From Candidatus Krumholzibacteriia bacterium (lineage in GTDB: Bacteria; Krumholzibacteriota; Krumholzibacteriia; JAJRXK01): 64,000 nucleotides of DNA. The DNA is taken from positions 864,001-928,000 of the forward strand of contig JBGPIA010000001.1 of NCBI GenBank assembly GCA_041484665.1, given 5' to 3'. The position numbers were made by a program, and so were the translations under genes. Shown here in pieces: positions 56,631 through 64,000 of this stretch (the stretch's first letter is position 1; each line of letters opens with the position of its first letter). The notes below the pieces were generated by a model. That model searched no databases. It was not told the origin of the DNA and worked only from the letters and a program-made list of their open reading frames with translations.

Positions 56631-58205
56631 TCAGCCAGCGACCGGGCGATCGCGTTCGCGGCCGGTGAAGACGACCGCGATGCGCTGGGGCGCCGGCGGC
56701 GGCACTCCCAAGGCGGGTGGACTCGCCGGGGCTGCGGGAGTCGCGCAAGCCGACGGGGCTGCTGAGGTCGCCGATCTCATCATTGGAAGCAGCGCGACAC
56801 AGCCGGCGAGCCCCGCCGAGCCGGTCGGGTCGACCGCGATCCCCGTCGCCTCACGAGCCAAGGCGTTTGCTTCTCGCAGGATGTCCTCTCCCACCACGAC
56901 CGGCCAGCCGCCGGTCTGCAGCATCCCGCGTACGACCGCCATCCAATCGTAGGTCTCGTCATCCAGGATGCCCGTGGCGATACTGCGCGGTGCCGGCTGC
57001 CACGGCCACATGAACTCGCTGCGGTGCACGGCGGCGTAATCCAGCTCCTCGGCGATCGCAAGATCGGGTGCCCGCCGCAGGAGCTGCTCGGCGCGCTCGG
57101 CTGGAGAGAGCCGCTCGCGCGCCGCACCAACGCCGTCGCGCTCGAGCCGGGTTTGCAGCCGTTCCGCCGTCCGCTCGTAGGCTCGCTGCAGCGGATGTCC
57201 GCCCGTAGTCTGCACGGCGTGGAAGGCCGGTCGGCGCGCAAGCGCTCCGGCGCGCTCGGCCTCCTCGAAGCCCTGGATCACGGCGCTCGCGAGCGCGCCC
57301 CCCCCCACCTGGAGGAACACGCGGTCCAGCGAGCCGCCCACGCGCAGCAGCTCGGACACCATCTCCCAGGCGAGCGTCATCCCCCCCTCGATGGTCAGGC
57401 CGTTCTGGTTGCCCTGGCACGTGAACGGCACCGCACCGACGTCGACCGCGCCCAGGAACGCGAGGTACGCCGGGTCGCCGGGTACGCCGGGCTGGCGCGG
57501 GCAGACGGTCAGTCGCGCGTCCAGGGCGCGCAGGCGATCCACGACCGCGGGATGGGCGTCCTGCGGGATGTAGACGTGGAGCGCACGGCTTGCCGCCTTC
57601 GCCACCACGGCCGCTGCGAGCGCGGCGTTACCGCAGCTCGCGATAGCGAGCGGCGCAGCGGCTGCCGCAAGATGTTGCCCGCTGCGCAGGCGGCCGGATA
57701 CCGCCAGCCAGATCGCCAGCCCCATCAGGTGGCGACCCTTGTGCGAGCCCGACACGTTGCACGTCTCGTCCTTCACCCAGACCGCACCCCCCTCTGGGAA
57801 GTCGAGGCGTTTGCCCAGTGCGAGGGCGGTCGCGAACGGCGTCGTCCGAAAGCCGGTGCCGTCGACCTGGGCCACGGCCGCATCGAGCTGGCGCACCAGC
57901 GCTACGTAGTCGTCATCGGACATGCCGCCGGCGCGGGCGACATGGTACGCGTGCAGCAGCACGCGGTAACGCACGAAGGGGTTGGGCTCCTCGGAAAGGA
58001 AGATGCGCTGCCAGTATGCGCGACTCTGCTCGAAGGTGTGCGCTCCATGGGTGGCCGCCACCGCGCCCAGGTCCAGGCGCCGGATCAGCAGGTGGTCGAC
58101 GTCATCCCCACGCCCGGCGTGCCAGCAGCGAAACGGAGAGGGATCGTCGTCTGCGGCCTTCCAGCCACAGGCGCCGCAGACCATGCGTGAGGGAAACGAG
58201 CTCAT
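56631..58205 (-). CDS. PLP-dependent fold-type II enzyme (threonine synthase-like)
   Basis: N-terminal CxxC, VWVKDETCNVSGSHKGRH, IASCGNAA, VGGGALAS and DPTGSAGLAG. Confidence 0.85.
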   Translation of the reverse strand: MSSFPSRMVCGACGWKAADDDPSPFRCWHAGRGDDVDHLLIRRLDLGAVAATHGAHTFEQSRAYWQRIFLSEEPNPFVRYRVLLHAYHVARAGGMSDDDYVALVRQLDAAVAQVDGTGFRTTPFATALALGKRLDFPEGGAVWVKDETCNVSGSHKGRHLMGLAIWLAVSGRLRSGQHLAAAAAPLAIASCGNAALAAAVVAKAASRALHVYIPQDAHPAVVDRLRALDARLTVCPRQPGVPGDPAYLAFLGAVDVGAVPFTCQGNQNGLTIEGGMTLAWEMVSELLRVGGSLDRVFLQVGGGALASAVIQGFEEAERAGALARRPAFHAVQTTGGHPLQRAYERTAERLQTRLERDGVGAARERLSPAERAEQLLRRAPDLAIAEELDYAAVHRSEFMWPWQPAPRSIATGILDDETYDWMAVVRGMLQTGGWPVVVGEDILREANALAREATGIAVDPTGSAGLAGCVALLPMMRSATSAAPSACATPAAPASPPALGVPPPAPQRIAVVFTGRERDRPVAG

Positions 58206-58271
58206 CGCCAGCGGCAGGGGTGCGTCATCGTCGGCCGTCCGGTCGCTTCTGGCATTGCGCGAGACCGTGCA

Positions 58272-59771
<1,500 letters not shown>

Positions 59772-59897
59772 CTCCCTCTCCCGCTCTGAGTAGGTCCAGC
59801 CCACTGGATCGGCTACGCCGGCCCGTCCTCGCACGCTCGGCCCCGGCGCGGCCGCCGCGTTGGGTTCCGCGCGATGGAGCACGGTGGCGCGTCGACT

Positions 59898-61028
59898 CTA
59901 CAGTGCGCCCATGCGCTGCCACAAGCGCGCGGCTTGCTCGCGGGCGTGCGCCTCGATCTCGGGGAGGTCCGCGCTGAGCAGCTCTCCATCGCTCACGACC
60001 GGGCGTCCGGCCACGGTCACGTGCGCGATCCCGCCTTCTCTGAACGCGATGCTGTCCGCGGCGATGTCCTGCGGCCCGAAGATCGCCGCCGCCAGCGCCC
60101 GGCTTCCCTCCAGGCGCTCGCGGGCCACGGTTGTGGGCTCCCCATGGGCGAGCGCCTCGGCATGCAGCGCGGCAGCTTCGGCCTGCAGGTTGCTGGGGTA
60201 GCCATCGGTGCCCAGCGCGATGCGAGGGCTCTCGCCCAACGCCTTGGGGTAGCCCACGCGATTGCCGCGGTTGGAGCGGGGGTTCTGCACCAGCCAGGCG
60301 CCGCGTTCGGCGGCCTGCCGCACCTCCTCGTGCGTCAGGTGGACGCCGTGGGCCAGAATGGACCCCCGCGGCAGCGCGTCCAGGGCGATCAGCCGCTGCA
60401 GCGGGCCTTCGTAACCGCGCCTGCGGGCATCGTCGCGGTCGGCCTGGTCCTCGGCCAGGTGGACGTGCAGCGGCAGCGCGAGCTCCCCGCACAGGGCCGC
60501 GGCCTCCCGGATCGTGTCGTCGGATACGGTGAACGAGGCGTGCAGTCCCATCAGCCCGCGCACCAACGGGCGTTGGCTGGCCATGGCGAACCGCCGGCAC
60601 TCGTTCAGCCCCGCTCGCCCTTCGGCACGGCCGCCGTTGCGCTCGGTGGCGCCGTAGCAGAGCACGGCGCGCGCGCCCAGCTCTTGGCATGCGTCGGCGA
60701 GAACATCGAGCGAGCCTTCGATGGAGCGTGGCGACTCGTGATGGTCGATCAGCGTGGTCGTGCCGGCCAGCAGCGCATGCGCCACATAGTAGCGGGCCGA
60801 GGCGCGCAGCGAAGCCAGATCGAGGGCACGATCCAGACGCCACCACACGCGTTGCAGGATCTCGACGAAGTTGCAAGGCGCCGGCGCGGGTACCGGCATG
60901 CCCAGCGGCACCAGGCCGCTGTACAGGTGGGTGTGCGCGTTGACGAATCCTGGTTGCGCCCGATCCGTGGCCGCGGTCCCGGACTCGAGCGTGGCCGGCT
61001 CGGTCGTGCCGGTCACGGCGCCCGTCAC
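59898..61028 (-). CDS. ssnA: SsnA-like amidohydrolase
   Basis: [53 protein letters not shown] and LGTDG; the GTG start overlaps the xdh stop. Confidence 0.85.
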   Translation of the reverse strand: MTGAVTGTTEPATLESGTAATDRAQPGFVNAHTHLYSGLVPLGMPVPAPAPCNFVEILQRVWWRLDRALDLASLRASARYYVAHALLAGTTTLIDHHESPRSIEGSLDVLADACQELGARAVLCYGATERNGGRAEGRAGLNECRRFAMASQRPLVRGLMGLHASFTVSDDTIREAAALCGELALPLHVHLAEDQADRDDARRRGYEGPLQRLIALDALPRGSILAHGVHLTHEEVRQAAERGAWLVQNPRSNRGNRVGYPKALGESPRIALGTDGYPSNLQAEAAALHAEALAHGEPTTVARERLEGSRALAAAIFGPQDIAADSIAFREGGIAHVTVAGRPVVSDGELLSADLPEIEAHAREQAARLWQRMGAL

Positions 61029-63691
61029 GGCGCGGCCGGCGACCGGATCCGCCCGACGTGCATGGCGCGCGCGGCCGGCGAGTCCTTCATCGGCAGGGTA
61101 TAGCGGCGGATGCCGTCGAACGCCGCCAGCGCGGCAGCGACGGCGGGAGCGGTGGGCACCAGCCCGATCTCGCCCACGCCCTTGGCGCCAAACGGCCCCT
61201 CGGGCTCGGGCTCCTCCACCAGGATCACCTCGACCTGCGGCATGTCGACGGCGCGCAGCACGCCGAGCTCGCGCAGTTTGAAGGTCGCGGGCATGCCGCC
61301 CGGGCACGGCAGCTCCTCGGTGAGGGCGTAGCCCAGCCCCATGTGAATGCTGCCCTCGATCTGCCCCTCACACAGGTCCGGATTCACGACGCGTCCCACG
61401 TCGTGGGCGGCGATGAAGCGGTCCACGCGCCCCTTGTCATCGAGGATGCATACCTGCGTCGCGAATCCAAAGGAGGTGTGCGTCTTGATGCGCCCACCCG
61501 ACTCCTGGCCCGGCGCCGTCGTGTCATCGACCAGCACATCGGCCGCGTAGACGCGTCCCGCCAGCTCGCCCAGCGACCGCCCCGCCTGGAGATCGGCGCG
61601 CAGCTTCTCCGCGGCGTTCTTGACTGCCAGCCCGCCGAACAGCGTCGCCCGCGATCCCGTCGTTTGCCCGCACCCGAGCGCGTAGGTCGAGTCCACCTTG
61701 GGATGGAACAGCGCTGCCGGCAGGCCAGTGACCTGTACCGCGAACTGGATGAGCACTGTGAGCAGCCCCTGCCCCATCTCGGTGTAACCGTTATAGAGGG
61801 AGATCGTGCCGTCGGGCTCGACGGCCAGGCGCGCCTTGCCCCATTCCTTGGCGCCGTTGCCGATGCCGGAGTTCTTCAACCCGCAGGCGATGCCCACCGC
61901 CCGGCCCTGCCGCTTCGCGTCGAGGAAGCGGTCCTTCACCGCCAGCAGGGTCTTGCGCAGACCGACGGATTTCTCCAGCACTTGCCCCGTGGTGGTCGGA
62001 TCACCGATCTGCAGCGCGTTGCGCCAGCGGATCTCCCAGCCGTCGATCCCGAGCTTTTCGGCCAGCAGGTCCATGCAGCCCTCGATGGCGAAGGCGGCCT
62101 GATTGGCGCCGAAGCCGCGCATGGCGCCGCAGGGCGGATTGTTGGTAACGACGGCCATCGACTCGACATCTACGGCTGGCACCGCGTAGGGGCCGCCAGC
62201 GTGGCCCGCGGATCGCTCGAGCACCTTCGCCCCGACGCTGGCGTAGGCCCCCGTGTCACCCATCATGCGCGCCTGCACGAAGGTGAGCTTGCCCTGGGCG
62301 TCGCACCCAACCTCGTAGTGCATCGTGATCGGATGGCGCTTGGGATGGATGCGGATCGATTCTTCTCGGTCGAGGGTGAGCTTGACCGGACGTTGCGTCA
62401 TCCAGGCCAACAGCGCCGTCTGTGCCTGGACCGCCATGTCCTCCTTGCCGCCAAACGCGCCGCCATTGGGCACGAGCTCCACCTCGAGGCGCTCCTCCTC
62501 GATGCCCAGGAAGCGCGCCACCTGGCGACGATCGTCGAAGATCCCCTGCCCCTGCGTGTAGAGGCGGAGCTTGCCGCCGGGCAGCGGCTCGACCAGGGCG
62601 GCCTCGGGCTCCAGATACAGGTGCTCGATGCGTTGGGTGTGCCAGGTGCCCCTCACGATATGGGCGCTGCGGGCGCGCGCAGCGTCCAGGTCGCCACGGC
62701 GCACGACCGTGCGCGAGAGGATGTTGTCATAGTGCGGGTTCACGCGAGGGGCGCCCGGGCGCAACGCCTCCTGTGGTGTCAGCATCGGCGTGAGGACCTC
62801 GTACTCGACGTCGACCAGCTTCGCCGCCTCGCGCGCGGTGTGCTCGTCCGAAGCGGCGACGGCCGCGAGCACGTCGCCGACGCAGCGCACCTCCTCGCCT
62901 TCGGCGACGAAGCCGGGCCAATCGTCGTGGATCAGCCCGTACCAGCGCTGGCCGGGCACGTCGCGCGCCGTAGCCACGGCGACCACGCCGGGATGTCGCA
63001 GCGCGCGAGAGGTATCGATGCGCACGACGCGCGCCCGCGCGTGGGGTGCGAGCACCAGCGCTCCGTGCAGCATCCCCGGCTTTGCCATGTCGTCGACGTA
63101 AGGCCGGTCGCCCAGCGTGAGCGCGACCCCGCTGTAGCGCTGCAGGCGGCTGCCCACACGTCCGTCGGTGCAGAGCTCGGGCAGACCCTCGCCGCGCCGG
63201 GCGCGCGCCATGAGCTCGATCGCGTCGATGATCTTCACGTAACCGGTGCAGCGGCACAGGTGTCCGTCGATGGCCGTGGCGATCTCGCGGCGCGAGGGGC
63301 TGGGATTGCGGTCGAGCAGCCACTTGGCGCGCAGCGCCAGCCCGGGAATGCAGAAGCCGCATTGCAACCCCGCCGCCGCGACGAAGCTGTGGGCGATGAG
63401 GCGGCGTTCCTCGCTGGAGAGACCCTCGAGGGTGAGGACTTCCTTGCCCGCGACCTTCTCCGCGGGCACGGCGCAGGTGGTCTTGGGTTGGCCGTTGACG
63501 AGCGCGAGGCAGCAGCCGCACTGGCCCTGGGGCTGGCAGCCGTCCTTGGTCGAGATGACCTCGCAGCGGGTACGCAGCGCCTCGAGCAGGCTCTCGCCCG
63601 GGCGGACCGGCACGTGGACCGAGCGGCCGTTCAGTACGAAGTCGATCGCGGGCGCCACGGGACCATCCCCTCGGGCAGTGGTGTGCTCCAT
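61025..63691 (-). CDS. xdh: Selenium-dependent xanthine dehydrogenase-type molybdenum hydroxylase ([2Fe-2S] and Mo domains fused)
   Basis: [53 protein letters not shown] and GAKGVGEIG. Confidence 0.9.
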   Translation of the reverse strand: MEHTTARGDGPVAPAIDFVLNGRSVHVPVRPGESLLEALRTRCEVISTKDGCQPQGQCGCCLALVNGQPKTTCAVPAEKVAGKEVLTLEGLSSEERRLIAHSFVAAAGLQCGFCIPGLALRAKWLLDRNPSPSRREIATAIDGHLCRCTGYVKIIDAIELMARARRGEGLPELCTDGRVGSRLQRYSGVALTLGDRPYVDDMAKPGMLHGALVLAPHARARVVRIDTSRALRHPGVVAVATARDVPGQRWYGLIHDDWPGFVAEGEEVRCVGDVLAAVAASDEHTAREAAKLVDVEYEVLTPMLTPQEALRPGAPRVNPHYDNILSRTVVRRGDLDAARARSAHIVRGTWHTQRIEHLYLEPEAALVEPLPGGKLRLYTQGQGIFDDRRQVARFLGIEEERLEVELVPNGGAFGGKEDMAVQAQTALLAWMTQRPVKLTLDREESIRIHPKRHPITMHYEVGCDAQGKLTFVQARMMGDTGAYASVGAKVLERSAGHAGGPYAVPAVDVESMAVVTNNPPCGAMRGFGANQAAFAIEGCMDLLAEKLGIDGWEIRWRNALQIGDPTTTGQVLEKSVGLRKTLLAVKDRFLDAKRQGRAVGIACGLKNSGIGNGAKEWGKARLAVEPDGTISLYNGYTEMGQGLLTVLIQFAVQVTGLPAALFHPKVDSTYALGCGQTTGSRATLFGGLAVKNAAEKLRADLQAGRSLGELAGRVYAADVLVDDTTAPGQESGGRIKTHTSFGFATQVCILDDKGRVDRFIAAHDVGRVVNPDLCEGQIEGSIHMGLGYALTEELPCPGGMPATFKLRELGVLRAVDMPQVEVILVEEPEPEGPFGAKGVGEIGLVPTAPAVAAALAAFDGIRRYTLPMKDSPAARAMHVGRIRSPAAP

Positions 63692-63752
63692 ATGGTAGCC
63701 CCGTGCCGCGGCGGCCCACAAGGGCGCGGATGGGGCGCAGCCCAGAAACGGC

Positions 63753-64000
63753 CTAACCCGGTTTCGTGGCGGCCACCAACGAGTGCATCCCCTCGTGGCG
63801 GCGCAGCAGCGTGGCTGCGGCGAAGCCCGCCGCCTCGAGGTCCTCGCGCAGCTCGCCGAACGTGAAGGTGCCCCCCTGCGCGGTGCTCACGAGCATGTTC
63901 ACGGCGAAGAGCGCGCCCGCCACCGGGGCCGTGCGGGACGCCTCCATGACGATGTCGCGGATCAGGATCCGCCCACCGGGCTGCAACGCCCGGAACGCGC
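63753..64000 (-). CDS. O-methyltransferase, C-terminal fragment (gene runs off the window)
   Basis: LQPGGRILIRD...ALFAVNMLV...GGTFT...L..AGF. Confidence 0.75.
   Translation of the reverse strand, partial: AFRALQPGGRILIRDIVMEASRTAPVAGALFAVNMLVSTAQGGTFTFGELREDLEAAGFAAATLLRRHEGMHSLVAATKPG

Overview
This is a very GC-rich bacterial window. FlgD-Ig-type C-terminal domains and a C-terminal '(S/T/A)-(W/F)-(G/S)-x-(V/L)-K-x-x-Y' tail suggest, by inference only, an FCB-group candidate phylum such as Eisenbacteria or Krumholzibacteriota. (1) 1-15 kb is mixed backbone: the end of an Lhr-like helicase, a TMEM175 K+ channel, an orphan BMC-T microcompartment shell gene, a thioesterase, an Omp85-type barrel, a GAF-GAF-PP2C phosphatase, an ASPIC/UnbV protein, a class II aldolase with a BMC encapsulation-peptide-like tail, a Zn-ADH, an endonuclease V with substituted catalytic residues, and a divergent FTR1/Fur pair. 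(2) 15.3-32.2 kb is a decaying metal/transport island bounded by imperfect IS256-like inverted repeats. It holds trmO, an ICMT-family gene, an ArsR-MMPL-cytochrome c-LolA-like-porin operon, nuclease-like genes, a CDF transporter and czcI-like/czcCBA. (3) A VIT-vWA / ECF sigma / small-protein operon follows. (4) Next is a secreted thioredoxin-TPR gene with an in-frame TGA in a W-U-H-T-C motif. It is very probably a selenoprotein that the ORF track splits in two. (5) A selenium-linked anaerobic purine-catabolism gene set is split into two arms: ygfK-ygeW-ygeY, and xdh-ssnA plus two PLP enzymes. Between the arms lie secreted proteases, a TetA-like MFS, a tyrosine-synthesis module and an AT-richer alginate-lyase-family gene. 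I could not support any rRNA, tRNA, CRISPR array or intact transposase. All family calls come from motif recognition, not database searches.
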